From an uncultured Gammaproteobacteria bacterium (GTDB taxonomy: Bacteria; Patescibacteriota; Microgenomatia; CAYXHB01; CAZYTL01), in contig CAZYTL010000010.1 in the NCBI GenBank assembly GCA_964650355.1, positions 1 through 59,917 of the forward strand: DNA of 59,917 bases, read 5' to 3'. Shown here in pieces: positions 16,544 to 25,939 of this stretch. Both the position numbers and the translations under genes were made by a program. Positions within the stretch are counted from its first letter, which is position 1. The number at the start of each line of letters is the position of its first letter. Below the pieces are notes generated by a model, which saw nothing but the letters and a program-made list of their open reading frames with translations, was not told the DNA's origin and did not search any database.

Positions 16544-17449
16544 TTATGATGGTAAAACTTTGTTTATATCAGGGTGTTTTTCCCATTTTGAGAGGCTTTC
16601 TTTTATACGCTTAACTTGGTCTTTAACAGGATAGTCGTTTTCAATTAACTTAAGTATATTAAGGGACAAATTTAAGTCAACATAAACGCTTAATAACGGT
16701 GATTCAAGTTGGAGGATGGTATTTAAGTCGGAAAGAAGGTTTTGGGGTTTAATTTTTAAGTCTTTAATTATCCAAGGAATCCATTTCCAGTTTGGTTCCC
16801 ACTGCTCATTTATGGCGAATAAGATTCTTAAAGTTTGGGTTAAATCAATCGTGAGTCTTTCTAGCAAAGGAAAGTAGTCTCCCCTGGTAGCCAGTGCCCA
16901 GCGTGATTCTAATCTATGAGCATAGTTCCAGTAGTCCCAAGTTTCTATAGAAGAGTTGATCAATCGTTGGGTTAGCCCTTGGGGATAGGTACTTAATTTT
17001 TGTTGGTAATCTTTTAAAAGGCCTTCGGTAGTAAGAGGTTTAGCTTTAGTTATCATCCACGCCAGTTTAATAAGATTGTGTTGGGTTTCTTTTAAGGCAA
17101 GAATGTGATTAATCTGCTTGTTAAGCAGGGTTATATGCTGCCAATTGGCTTCAATCCAAATTTTTTGATATTGTCCTTGTAGAGTGATTGATTCATCCGG
17201 CTCTTTATGAAACTGGTGGTTAACTAACTGGATACCGGTTTGGGATATCCATGAGGTTATTTGATGGGGATTAGGTTTATTGGGGGAATAGAATTGGATT
17301 TCAATATCAGAACTCGAGTCCGCCTGACCCCGGGATACAGAGCCAACTAACCAAATTTCTGAACATAATTTAGGTGGACAAGATCGAGTAAAATCGATGG
17401 CCAAATTAGTTAAATTTCTATTGGTTTGATCAAAATTGGTAATGTTCAT
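16544..17449 (-). CDS. Nucleotidyltransferase-domain protein (Pol-beta-like NTase with helical C-terminal domain)
   Basis: 301 aa. LVGSVSRGQADSSSDIEIQF matches the GS-x-x-RG ... D-x-D/E minimal NTase motif. Confidence 0.6.
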   Translation of the reverse strand: MNITNFDQTNRNLTNLAIDFTRSCPPKLCSEIWLVGSVSRGQADSSSDIEIQFYSPNKPNPHQITSWISQTGIQLVNHQFHKEPDESITLQGQYQKIWIEANWQHITLLNKQINHILALKETQHNLIKLAWMITKAKPLTTEGLLKDYQQKLSTYPQGLTQRLINSSIETWDYWNYAHRLESRWALATRGDYFPLLERLTIDLTQTLRILFAINEQWEPNWKWIPWIIKDLKIKPQNLLSDLNTILQLESPLLSVYVDLNLSLNILKLIENDYPVKDQVKRIKESLSKWEKHPDINKVLPS

Positions 17450-17528
17450 GTGAATATCTTACATTAATTGTCAACGACATGGCGTTTGATATCTATAAGA
17501 ATTTGGTGATAGTTGCATCTGTTACTGA

Positions 17529-17774
17529 TTGGGTTATAATGACGACATTATGTCTTTAGTGGGCGTTGATCTTGAAAGCGGATTTTTGCTGGATATGGGG
17601 GACCAAACGTTTTTTTATCATCTAGGTGAGGACGGTCAGGTGATGGTGACAGAGGAAGGAAGGACCGGGCCAGGGATGGGTGTAGATTTGGGAACCCATC
17701 CGGCTTCCGAGTACTATAACCGGTTGCTGAAGGAAGCCTTGGAGGCACGGGAAAAGTTGGCTCAAAGGTGTTAA
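17529..17774 (+). CDS. Hypothetical small protein
   Basis: 81-aa ORF with a TTG start, or ATG at 17550. No motif recognised. Confidence 0.3.
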   Translation: MGYNDDIMSLVGVDLESGFLLDMGDQTFFYHLGEDGQVMVTEEGRTGPGMGVDLGTHPASEYYNRLLKEALEAREKLAQRC

Positions 17775-17813
17775 TGATGTGTATCATGATGAGAGGACAA
17801 GAAGAATGATGTG

Positions 17814-17822
17814 TGTTAGAAT
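17814..17822 (+). promoter_or_regulatory. Extended -10 TGTTAGAAT, 6 nt upstream of the ATG at 17829
   Basis: TGn plus TAGAAT read directly. No SD sequence in the gap. Confidence 0.4.
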
Positions 17823-17828
17823 CTGGGC

Positions 17829-18278
17829 ATGCAAGTAGTCAGGTTTGATAAAAGGTATTTGGAAGAGATGGCGCGATTGTTTGCGAATGAATATTCGGAG
17901 GAGGACAGAAAGTGGAAAGTGGAGACGGCCAAGGTTTATTTGCAACGCAACAGTGATAATTTTCCGGAATATTCCTGGGTGGCAATTAATGATGAAGGAG
18001 AGTGTATTGGGGGAATTTTTTGCCGGGTGGATCCGTATTATGGCGGGAAACTGTTGTTTATTGATTCTTTGCAGGTAGAGGAGGAATACAGGAGACAAGG
18101 GGTGGCCACGGAGTTATTAAAGAAGGTGGTGGAGGTAGCCAGGAAGCAGGGGTTGGACGGAATTCATATGTTGGCGGATGCCAGGGAAGGGTTTCCCAAG
18201 AATTGGTATGAGAAGTTGGGATTCGAGCTGACCGGATGGGCGGAATATGAGGTGGGGTGGGATAAACTGGAGATGTGA
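17829..18278 (+). CDS. GNAT-family N-acetyltransferase
   Basis: 149 aa. Motif A: VEEEYRRQGVATELLKKVVEVARKQG. An extended -10 TGTTAGAAT ends 6 nt before the ATG. Confidence 0.8.
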   Translation: MQVVRFDKRYLEEMARLFANEYSEEDRKWKVETAKVYLQRNSDNFPEYSWVAINDEGECIGGIFCRVDPYYGGKLLFIDSLQVEEEYRRQGVATELLKKVVEVARKQGLDGIHMLADAREGFPKNWYEKLGFELTGWAEYEVGWDKLEM

Positions 18279-18292
18279 TGCGGATTAAGACT

Positions 18293-18658
18293 TTAAGGTT
18301 TGGGGTTGTATTTGTTGGTGTGTTTGCCTTTGATTTTATCGAGGGGGTATTTTTTGCCTACTTTGGTGAGTTTGTCATATGAAGCAGCGATTAAGTCGAT
18401 ATGGGTAATGTCTGCCAGTTGGATGAGGTAGATCATGACGTCGGCGATTTCTTCTCCGAGGGCGGTTTTATTTTTCTGAATGTGCTGTTGGATTTCTTCA
18501 GAAGTTTTCCATTGGAAATGTTCCATGATTTCGGCGGCTTCCAAAGCAAGGGAGATGGAAAGGTCTTTGGGGTTGTGGAATTGTTTCCAGTCGCGAGCAT
18601 CGCGGAATTGGATGATTTTGTCGGTGAGTTGTTGGAAGTCGGATTTTTTAGAGGTCAT
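18293..18658 (-). CDS. MazG-like nucleotide pyrophosphohydrolase
   Basis: 121 aa. FRDARDWKQFHNPKDLSISLALEAAEIMEHFQW and EEIADVMIYL are typical of the all-alpha NTP-PPase (MazG/DCTPP1-like) family. Confidence 0.85.
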   Translation of the reverse strand: MTSKKSDFQQLTDKIIQFRDARDWKQFHNPKDLSISLALEAAEIMEHFQWKTSEEIQQHIQKNKTALGEEIADVMIYLIQLADITHIDLIAASYDKLTKVGKKYPLDKIKGKHTNKYNPKP

Positions 18659-18666
18659 TGTCCCCT

Positions 18667-18672
18667 ATTGTA
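18667..18672 (-). promoter_or_regulatory. -10 box TACAAT, 8 nt upstream of the mazG-like ATG at 18658 (minus strand)
   Basis: The reverse complement of 18659-18672 reads TACAAT aggggaca, then ATG. Confidence 0.35.
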
Positions 18673-18719
18673 CTCCTGAGGGTATGAGTTTTGAAGGAGT
18701 TTAAAATTACAAACAGTTA

Positions 18720-18974
18720 TTATATTTGCTCACGGAGCTGATCAAGAGGAGTACTAAGTAGTTGTTCCAAAATTCCACGTCTGACGTCATCTTCTGTATA
18801 CGCTTGTGTTAGAACACTTTTTCTATTTTTAAGACGTCGGGCGCATACCTCTCTACAACACTCCAAGATTTCACTTTGAGTTTCTGCATAACATAAACCA
18901 TCCGCTTCTCCTTGCATGAGAGGTTTTTGGTAAAGTGCTGCTATTCCTTCAAATGCACAACGAACTAGTGCCAT
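18720..18974 (-). CDS. Hypothetical small protein (composition outlier)
   Basis: 84-aa ORF. The local + strand is C>G, unlike the surrounding sequence. Confidence 0.35.
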   Translation of the reverse strand: MALVRCAFEGIAALYQKPLMQGEADGLCYAETQSEILECCREVCARRLKNRKSVLTQAYTEDDVRRGILEQLLSTPLDQLREQI

Positions 18975-19109
18975 ATAGCCCTATATTAACATACTATTTT
19001 TCAATGGGCAAGTAGATATTAGGGTGACTGTGTGTTTAATAGAAAATGTAATATTGATTTACAAAAGATTTAATGAAGAAGACTGGCTTCCAGATTGCGA
19101 GACTGGGAC

Positions 19110-19682
19110 TTATTTGAGGTCTTTTCGGGCTTTTTTGAGGGCGTCCAGGATGGTGAGACGCAGTTCCTGGCCAATGTCTGACCAGTCGGGGTGATCGTGG
19201 CTGCGGCGAGCTTTGGACTTGGGGGTGGGTTTGCGGGTCTCGGATTTAGATTTTGATTTAGTATCGCAGGGGATGAGGCCGGTGAAGGCTTTGACGATAC
19301 CGACGACTAAGACGATTAGAAAGACGAGGGAGGTAATCAGGGGTTTGAAGCTAGGGAAAGGGATGATGGCGATGGATAGTTGTTGTTCAAGAAATTCGAG
19401 AAAAAGAAAGATGAAGCCGACCAGATAAAGGCTAGCGATAGCGTTGACTGGTGGGGCAATCAGATTGAAGGGAAAAATAAATAAGGAGCAGAGTTCACCG
19501 ACCATGAAAATGGCGGAATAGAGTAAGATTAGTCCTATATTTTGATTCAGGAATTGAAGGAAGGCCGTGACCAGCGGACTGTTGAGGCGGGGTGCACAAG
19601 ATAATGCTAAAGACAGGAAGATGAGGAAAAGAAGGAAACCGATGACTTTACCGAAAATGATGCCGACGGGGCTTTTTTTCAT
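19110..19682 (-). CDS. Hypothetical polytopic membrane protein with basic C-terminal tail
   Basis: 190 aa with about five hydrophobic helices and a Lys/Ser/Arg-rich C-terminus. Overlaps the upstream gene by 4 nt. Confidence 0.5.
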   Translation of the reverse strand: MKKSPVGIIFGKVIGFLLFLIFLSLALSCAPRLNSPLVTAFLQFLNQNIGLILLYSAIFMVGELCSLFIFPFNLIAPPVNAIASLYLVGFIFLFLEFLEQQLSIAIIPFPSFKPLITSLVFLIVLVVGIVKAFTGLIPCDTKSKSKSETRKPTPKSKARRSHDHPDWSDIGQELRLTILDALKKARKDLK

Positions 19683-20146
19683 GATTTAAGATGATCATTA
19701 GTTGTTTGCGGTTCTGAAACGCGGTCGGGTATTTCTCGAGAACGAGTGACGAGAGAAAGAGCGAAGATGAGGATATAGAAAATGAGGCCGAGAGCGCAGG
19801 TGGGCAAGCCGAAGAAGTAGGCTGAGAAGCCTTGTCGAAAGAGCAGGGGGAGTTCTCCCAGGGTGAAGTAACCGGCAAAGAGGATGCCCATGAAGGAGAC
19901 GATGGAGATGGCGTTAAGGGCGGACTTGGGTGGCAGGCGGCCGGAGACGAGTAAGGTAGCGAAGAGGGTGATGAGGGCGTACATGACAAAGCCGTAATAG
20001 CAGGCGGGATAACCGAGGAAATAGGGACAGGATTCGCCAAACGCACAGGTTTGACTGAAGAGTTTAACGGAGCTGAGATAGCCGGCGAAAAGTAAACCGC
20101 CAATTCCGAATATGAGAATAGCTTTTTTCATGCTGGTCGATGACAA
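19679..20146 (-). CDS. Hypothetical 4-TM membrane protein with internal duplication and loop cysteines (weak VKOR-like resemblance)
   Basis: 155 aa. AGYLSS..CAFGESCPYFLGYPACYYGFVMY is echoed by AGYFTL..FGLPTCALGLIFY. No CxxC motif, so the function is left open. Confidence 0.45.
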   Translation of the reverse strand: MSSTSMKKAILIFGIGGLLFAGYLSSVKLFSQTCAFGESCPYFLGYPACYYGFVMYALITLFATLLVSGRLPPKSALNAISIVSFMGILFAGYFTLGELPLLFRQGFSAYFFGLPTCALGLIFYILIFALSLVTRSREIPDRVSEPQTTNDHLKS

Positions 20147-20253
20147 TTTGTATTTTACTTGACTAAAGCGAGGATTTGAAGTAGTGGTTGAGGAGGCGGT
20201 TGGTCTATTAGTTGACTTGGTTTGAGTTTAGCTGCGGAGAGTGAGAGAATGGA

Positions 20254-20796
20254 ATGGAAGATGGGTTTATGGGAGAGCGAGAAGGATCGATAGACGAGTC
20301 TGTGGTAGAGACAGAGGATGCGAAGCGGTTTTTGGAAAAGAATTGGAAATGGGTGGGGATAGGACTGGCAGGAGGGTTGGGGGTGGTTATTGGGAGTAGG
20401 ATTGCCTTTGGATTAGTGCGGAGGATGTTGCTAGAACGAGCGAAAGGAAAGACGGCCGAAGTATTGGATAGCTTAGCAGATCTAGAGGAGAGAGATGATG
20501 CGGCGGTAATTAGGCTTGAAGGTCCAGAGGAGTTAAGTGTTGCGGTTCCGGTTGAGAAAGTGATGGGGACGGCAGAATCCTTAGCCGGGGCGATTGAGGG
20601 TTCGCCGCGCGACGTGGTTTTCAGAAAAGAAGCCGGGTCGGGTGAGACGATAAGTTTAAGTGAGCTCTTACGGTTGATAAAAGAAGTATGTAGAATTAAT
20701 GCAGGATGGGGAGCAGAAAATCCTGATAAGAGGTTGTCGGGAATGATACCAGACAGAATCGACGTGTCGGTGAATGAAGAATCAGGAAAGGATTAG
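20254..20796 (+). CDS. Hypothetical protein with one TM helix
   Basis: 180-aa ORF with a WKWVGIGLAGGLGVVIGSRIAFGLV helix. No catalytic motif. Confidence 0.4.
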   Translation: MEDGFMGEREGSIDESVVETEDAKRFLEKNWKWVGIGLAGGLGVVIGSRIAFGLVRRMLLERAKGKTAEVLDSLADLEERDDAAVIRLEGPEELSVAVPVEKVMGTAESLAGAIEGSPRDVVFRKEAGSGETISLSELLRLIKEVCRINAGWGAENPDKRLSGMIPDRIDVSVNEESGKD

Positions 20797-20858
20797 GGGT
20801 TAGAAGATAGATTGGTGATGTTCGTGAAGTCAGAAGTAGAGACGGCGATGGTCAGATA

Positions 20859-21434
20859 TTAGCCGGTGACTGAGTGGAATAAGAGGATGAGTTGGGGTTG
20901 GTGGGCGTAGATAAACCAGAAGAGATAGGCAATGGTGGCGGGAAAGACGATGATTTTTTCTGCCCAGCTGCCGGTGGTGATGCGCAGAGAGGAGATGGGA
21001 GGGATGCCAAAGTTGAAGTCGACGGGAAAGAGAAGGGGAAGGCCTTCTTTGGTGAAGCTGTCAGCCAAAAGGTGGGATAAATAGCCGATCATGATGCTGG
21101 CGATGACAATGGAGGAGTCAATGGTTTGAGGGCTGAAGATTTTAGGAACGGACCAGTCGAGGAGAAAGTAGATGAGTAAAGCACCGACAAAGGAATGAGA
21201 TAAGGTGCGGTGTTTCCAGAAGACGCGTTTAAAGATTTTGGCCAGGAAGTCACCGGCGGGAAGCAGATCCCACAAGCGATTGGAGGCGCTGTCAAGATCG
21301 GGGATTAAAGCCCCAATGTTGTTGCCGATGACGGAGATGATCAGGGTGGTGACGGTGATTTGTTGAGGGGGGGCGTAGGAGGCAACGGTGACCAGGGAGG
21401 CTAGGGCAATAAGATCATGAGTACGGGCGGTCAT
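20859..21434 (-). CDS. Membrane-bound metal-dependent hydrolase, YdjM/DUF457-like
   Basis: The start is moved to the ATG at 21434 (MTARTHDL..). It contains HRTLSHSF and SHLLADSFT histidine motifs plus TM helices. The longer ORF-track version overlaps the divergent ABC gene. Confidence 0.6.
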   Translation of the reverse strand: MTARTHDLIALASLVTVASYAPPQQITVTTLIISVIGNNIGALIPDLDSASNRLWDLLPAGDFLAKIFKRVFWKHRTLSHSFVGALLIYFLLDWSVPKIFSPQTIDSSIVIASIMIGYLSHLLADSFTKEGLPLLFPVDFNFGIPPISSLRITTGSWAEKIIVFPATIAYLFWFIYAHQPQLILLFHSVTG

Positions 21435-21489
21435 GGAGTTTATGATAGCATAAATTAAAATCGGAGGGGTGATGCGTGATGAAGGTTTG

Positions 21490-21498
21490 TGGTATGAT
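21490..21498 (+). promoter_or_regulatory. Extended -10 TGGTATGAT, 2 nt before the ATG at 21501 and 8 nt before the ATG at 21507
   Basis: Read directly from the sequence. It suggests the ABC ATPase starts at 21507 on a leaderless mRNA. Confidence 0.35.
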
Positions 21499-21500
21499 GG

Positions 21501-22457
21501 ATGGTTATGAAGCAGGTGGCGATTGAAGTAAAGGATTTGGTGAAGCGTTATCGGAAAGCAGACAAGAACGCGGTGGACGGGGTGTCGTTTGAGGTAAAAT
21601 CGGGAGAGGTGTTTACTTTGTTGGGACCGAACGGAGCAGGAAAGACAACGACTGTGTCGGTGTTGACCACGACCTTGTCCAAAACCAGAGGAGAGTTGAA
21701 AGTGGCTGGATATGACGTAGATAAGAATGCTGCCCAGGTACGCAGGAGAATAGGAATTATTTTTCAGAAGCCGAGTTTGGACGGAAATCTGACTGCAGAA
21801 GAGAATATCAGGTTTCACGCTGTTTTGTACGGGTTGTATGCTTTCAGCCCCAGGTTTGAATGGATGCCGAAAGACTACCAAAAGCGGGTGAAGAAGTTGG
21901 CCGGATTGTTGGGAATTGAAGATGATTTAAAAAAGCCGATCAAGACTTTTTCTGGGGGGATGAAAAGAAAGTTGGAGATCGTACGGAGTTTAATTCATGA
22001 ACCGGAGGTGTTGTTTTTGGACGAACCGACAACCGGTTTGGATCCGGAGAGCCGGAAGAACCTTTGGGATTATTTACAGGAAGTGAGACAAAGGAACCAG
22101 ATGACGATTTTTTTGACGACTCATTATCTGAATGAGGCAGAAGACGCGGATCAGGTGTGTATGATTAACCACGGGAAGATAGTGGTACAGGGGTCACCCA
22201 GGCAGATTAAACACGAGTTGGTAAAGGCTTATGTATTGGCGGATGCAGAAGACCGCGAGAAATTGATTGACGAGTTAAAAGCCAAAGGTCTCCCCTACTC
22301 GATTAATCACCAGGGGGTAAAGATGACGATGAAAGATTTGACAGCGCAAGAAATTATTCGATCAATTAAAACCAAGTTGACGGTGTTGGATATTCATAAT
22401 CCCACATTAGAGGAGGCTTACTTGGAGATTGTGGGTAACGGATCTCTGGGGGGCTAA
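21501..22457 (+). CDS. ABC transporter ATP-binding protein (ABC-2 / DrrA-type)
   Basis: GPNGAGKTT, FSGGMKRKLEI and LFLDEPTTGLD. The ATG at 21507 is an alternative start, 8 nt after the extended -10 TGGTATGAT. Confidence 0.9.
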   Translation: MVMKQVAIEVKDLVKRYRKADKNAVDGVSFEVKSGEVFTLLGPNGAGKTTTVSVLTTTLSKTRGELKVAGYDVDKNAAQVRRRIGIIFQKPSLDGNLTAEENIRFHAVLYGLYAFSPRFEWMPKDYQKRVKKLAGLLGIEDDLKKPIKTFSGGMKRKLEIVRSLIHEPEVLFLDEPTTGLDPESRKNLWDYLQEVRQRNQMTIFLTTHYLNEAEDADQVCMINHGKIVVQGSPRQIKHELVKAYVLADAEDREKLIDELKAKGLPYSINHQGVKMTMKDLTAQEIIRSIKTKLTVLDIHNPTLEEAYLEIVGNGSLGG

Positions 22458-22462
22458 GATAT

Positions 22463-23245
22463 ATGAAACAAGAGCTAAATGCCATTTTAACTATTGCTTA
22501 CCGAGATTTTACTAAATTGTTACGAGACAGGCCGCGGCTGGTGATTTCGTTTATTTTCCCGTTTTTGTTTATCGGGATATTAGGGACGAGTTTGCAGGAG
22601 AATCTGGGCACAGTTTTGAAATATAATTACATGACCTTCGTGTTTACCGGAGTATTGGGGCAGGTGATGTTTCAGTCGACGGCCTCGGGAATTATTTCTT
22701 TGATTGAAGACAGAGAAAATGATTTCAGTCAGGAAATTTTTGTGTCGCCGATTTCCAGGTATTCGATTATAGTGGGCAAGATATTAGGAGAAACACTGGT
22801 GTCGTTGACATTGGTGACCGGCGTGGTCATCTTCGGGATGGTAATGGCGGTACCGTTGACTATAGGGATAATGGTGAGGATGATTCCTGCTTTATTGGCG
22901 GCGAGTATGCTGGGGGGAGCGTTCGGGATTGTGGTATTGGCCAATTTAAATAGTCAAAGGACGGCCAATCAATTGTTTCCCCTGATTATTTTTCCCCAGT
23001 TTTTCCTGGCAGGGGTGTTTAATCCGATCATGCAGTTGCCCTGGTATTTAGATGTGTTATCTCACCTTACACCGATGAGATATGCGGTAGATTTGGTGCG
23101 AAACGCATATTATGCAGGCAATGAGCAATATTCATTAGTGGTGTTGAATTCCGTGGGTCATAATTTGGTATTGATGTCGGTGATTTTCGTGATACTACTG
23201 GTGATGGGGACGTGGATGTTTGTGAGAAATGAGAGGAACAGGTGA
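22463..23245 (+). CDS. ABC-2 type transporter permease
   Basis: 260 aa with six hydrophobic helices, immediately downstream of the ATPase gene. Confidence 0.8.
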   Translation: MKQELNAILTIAYRDFTKLLRDRPRLVISFIFPFLFIGILGTSLQENLGTVLKYNYMTFVFTGVLGQVMFQSTASGIISLIEDRENDFSQEIFVSPISRYSIIVGKILGETLVSLTLVTGVVIFGMVMAVPLTIGIMVRMIPALLAASMLGGAFGIVVLANLNSQRTANQLFPLIIFPQFFLAGVFNPIMQLPWYLDVLSHLTPMRYAVDLVRNAYYAGNEQYSLVVLNSVGHNLVLMSVIFVILLVMGTWMFVRNERNR

Positions 23246-23485
23246 GGATAGGTGATCGGTAGTCAGTAATAGATTGTCAGTGAATAGTAGTTAGGAATCT
23301 TTGGCTGGGTTTGAGGATGAGGTGACGAATTGTCCCCTTTTTCTCTGCAGCGGGATGTGATGTAATGGGGGTTGCAGATAGAGGAGCGAATTGCTGGTTT
23401 AATTGGTTAAAGAGGCGTGTTATATATAAAGGTGGGCGGAGTGAAATAAACTTCTGTTAATTGAAGTGAAAAGCGGAGGTTGTTT

Positions 23486-24964
23486 ATGAAAAGAAATTGG
23501 TTGATGCTGGTCTATGGATTTAAAGATCGTGTTTGGGAAATGGCAATCGCTGGAGTGTTGCTAGTGGCCTTGGTGGTAAGAGTGTGGAATATTAATTATA
23601 ATTCTCCGTTTTCTGACGAGGCGATTTACATAGTGATCGGCAGGTTGGGTTTATTTCATCAGGACTGGGGAACTTATAATGCGGCCAACTGGATCCCGGG
23701 ACTGGTATATTTGTATCCGTCCTTAGCTGCGCTGGGATTTGTGACAGGAGGACTTTTGGGAGTGAGAATGATAAGTGTGGTTTTTGGGGTGTTGCTGGTT
23801 TGGGAAATTTATAGATTGTCTAAGTTGTTAGGAAAACGCTGTGGATTAGATGGCCGGATAAGTGGGTTGATCAGCAGCGGTTTGATCGCAGGGTCCACTA
23901 CAGCAATTTATGTAAGCAGATTGGCAACATATGATATGCCTAGTTATTGGTTGTTTTTTTCAGGGATTTATCAGTTAATAAAAACCGAAGAGTTACAGGA
24001 AATGAAGGCCGTGCGAAAAGGATATTGGGTTGCCGGTATGTGTTTATTGCTGGCAGTATTGGTGAAAATTTCGGTGGTGATTTACATACCAGGATTAGTG
24101 ATTTATAGCTGGATTAGGGCCGGCCGTTTAGGCAAGGACTATTGGTTTGCCTGGAGAAATTATTATTTGATTTGGCTAGGATTAGGCTTGGGATTGTTCG
24201 CGTTAGTTAATCGGGAAGCATTGATAACCTATGTGGGTTTGCAAGAGCAAAGAGAGAAGATTGCCAAAGAGATAATTTTGAGCCGGTTTTGGGAGTATGC
24301 TAAAAGTCTTTGCTGGTTCGCGTTATGGGGCACGCTGGGGTGGTGGAAGAAATACTGGAAGTTATGGTTGGGCTGGTTCGGGGGGGCAGGGTTGATCGTG
24401 GGGTTACATCTGTGGTTACAACGATTAGCAACTTTGGATAAGCACAGTCTGATTTCTGCTGTTTTTATAGCTATGATTGCAGGCATTGGTATAGAAATGA
24501 TGCAAGTGCGGTTCAGAAGTGTGGAGCGATTGAGGTTGTCCCGATGGTTACTGGGAGTTTGGTTGGTTGCTTACGGAGTGATTTCGGTTAAGGGGTTGGA
24601 GGTGTTTAATAATTTGTGGAGTAATACTTCTACAGCCGTCGAATATTTAAATAAGAGAGTTCAACCCACGGACAGAGTTTTGTCGGAGATTGGTCCGCCT
24701 GTAATTTTGGGTTTATATGATCAGGTGCCACCAGTGAGGGTGAATACTTTTGATTGGTTTGAGTATGAGGGTACGGTGGGAGACCAGGCCTATCAATGGG
24801 CCGTAGTAGACGGATATTTTAACTGGATTCAACTAGAAACATCTGCAGTAGTGAAGGAACCACTGCATGGAAGGATCCACGACTTGGTGGCTAATCGTTT
24901 ATCCAGAAACTATCGATTGGTTAATGAGCAGGAGGGATTCTCTACATATAAACGGGTTTATTGA
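23486..24964 (+). CDS. GT-C fold membrane glycosyltransferase (ArnT/PMT, GT39/83-like)
   Basis: The start is moved to the ATG at 23486, preceded by GGAGG. The first loop has NSPFSDEAIYIVIGR (DE motif). The protein is polytopic with a soluble C-terminal domain. Confidence 0.6.
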   Translation: MKRNWLMLVYGFKDRVWEMAIAGVLLVALVVRVWNINYNSPFSDEAIYIVIGRLGLFHQDWGTYNAANWIPGLVYLYPSLAALGFVTGGLLGVRMISVVFGVLLVWEIYRLSKLLGKRCGLDGRISGLISSGLIAGSTTAIYVSRLATYDMPSYWLFFSGIYQLIKTEELQEMKAVRKGYWVAGMCLLLAVLVKISVVIYIPGLVIYSWIRAGRLGKDYWFAWRNYYLIWLGLGLGLFALVNREALITYVGLQEQREKIAKEIILSRFWEYAKSLCWFALWGTLGWWKKYWKLWLGWFGGAGLIVGLHLWLQRLATLDKHSLISAVFIAMIAGIGIEMMQVRFRSVERLRLSRWLLGVWLVAYGVISVKGLEVFNNLWSNTSTAVEYLNKRVQPTDRVLSEIGPPVILGLYDQVPPVRVNTFDWFEYEGTVGDQAYQWAVVDGYFNWIQLETSAVVKEPLHGRIHDLVANRLSRNYRLVNEQEGFSTYKRVY

Positions 24965-25029
24965 TAAGTGAGGATAATTTGGTCATTCACCAGACTGAAA
25001 AAGTTTATAATCATAGTTTTAATTAATTT

Positions 25030-25938
25030 ATGAAAAAGAAAAGAAAATCAGATCAAAATTTGATGATGCAAAGGTTGAAGATGTTGAATTGGATGATCGT
25101 ACCTTTGATTGTTTTGTGGGTGACGATTAATTATGTGCTGGGATTGTTTAATCAGCCGCAGTGGAAGGAAGTAACCACTAATGTGCCTGCCAGAACAGTG
25201 CTGGGAAGTGAAACCGGCAATCAAGGGTCTGGTGATCAGGAATGGGTCTGGCAGGGGGGCGGATTAGTGACGATGTGGTTTGATGATGGTTGGTTATCTC
25301 AATTCAGGAGCGGATTTTCTCTGATGTATGATGCGGGATTTGCAGGGGCTTTGGCGGTACCAACTGATTTGATTGGCTACGAGGCATATATGACCTGGGC
25401 TCAAATCAGACAGATAGCTCATTTCGGATGGGAGATTGATTCTCATAGTAGAACCCACAACTGTGAACCGGGAAAGCTGTCGGATGCAGAGATTGCTGAA
25501 GAAGTGAGATCTTCAAGAAAAGTGTTGGCAGACTACGGATTTGAAGCTCACGATTATGTGCTTCCCTGCGGTTCTTTAAATGCAGAATTGGTCAAGGTGG
25601 TGAAGGAAGAATATTTATCGATGAGAACTTCGGACGGAGGAATTAATCCTTTACCAGTGAAAGATCCCTATGACATATATGCCAATGCGGTACAGGTGGG
25701 AACCTCTTTGGATACGGTTAACGGATGGTTGCAAGAGGCAAAGGCGAAGAAGGGCTGGGTGATTCTGATGTTTCATCAGATTGATGATTCGAAAACTCAA
25801 TACAGCGTGGATGTGGAAAAGTTTGATCAGATTATTCATTTGGTAAAAGAATCTGGTTTGCAAGTGGCACTGCCTGAACAAGCACTGGATATAAGTCCGG
25901 CTGATTTGATGGAGCAGACGGAAGGCAATAATCAGTAA
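25030..25938 (+). CDS. Polysaccharide deacetylase (NodB homology domain), membrane-anchored
   Basis: TMWFDDGW (TFDDG-type motif 1), HSRTH (motif 2) and an N-terminal TM helix. Confidence 0.85.
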   Translation: MKKKRKSDQNLMMQRLKMLNWMIVPLIVLWVTINYVLGLFNQPQWKEVTTNVPARTVLGSETGNQGSGDQEWVWQGGGLVTMWFDDGWLSQFRSGFSLMYDAGFAGALAVPTDLIGYEAYMTWAQIRQIAHFGWEIDSHSRTHNCEPGKLSDAEIAEEVRSSRKVLADYGFEAHDYVLPCGSLNAELVKVVKEEYLSMRTSDGGINPLPVKDPYDIYANAVQVGTSLDTVNGWLQEAKAKKGWVILMFHQIDDSKTQYSVDVEKFDQIIHLVKESGLQVALPEQALDISPADLMEQTEGNNQ

Positions 25939-25939
25939 A

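Noticed and set aside
17529-18278. Small ORF plus GNAT as a TacAT/KacAT-type toxin-antitoxin pair
   Set aside because: The 81-aa upstream ORF shows no ribbon-helix-helix or DUF1778-like features. It is separated from the GNAT by its own promoter-like element, and the GNAT sequence looks like a generic acetyltransferase.
18293-18658. MazG-like pyrophosphohydrolase as a nucleotide-depletion defence gene
   Set aside because: It is a stand-alone 121-aa housekeeping-type MazG/DCTPP1-like protein with no defence partner genes adjacent. Its composition matches the host background.
20859-21881. 340-aa version of the YdjM-like ORF from the ORF track
   Set aside because: The N-terminal 148 residues are low-complexity (rich in S, R, H and Q). 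They overlap the divergent ABC-ATPase gene and its promoter on the other strand. The recognisable hydrolase starts at the ATG at 21434.
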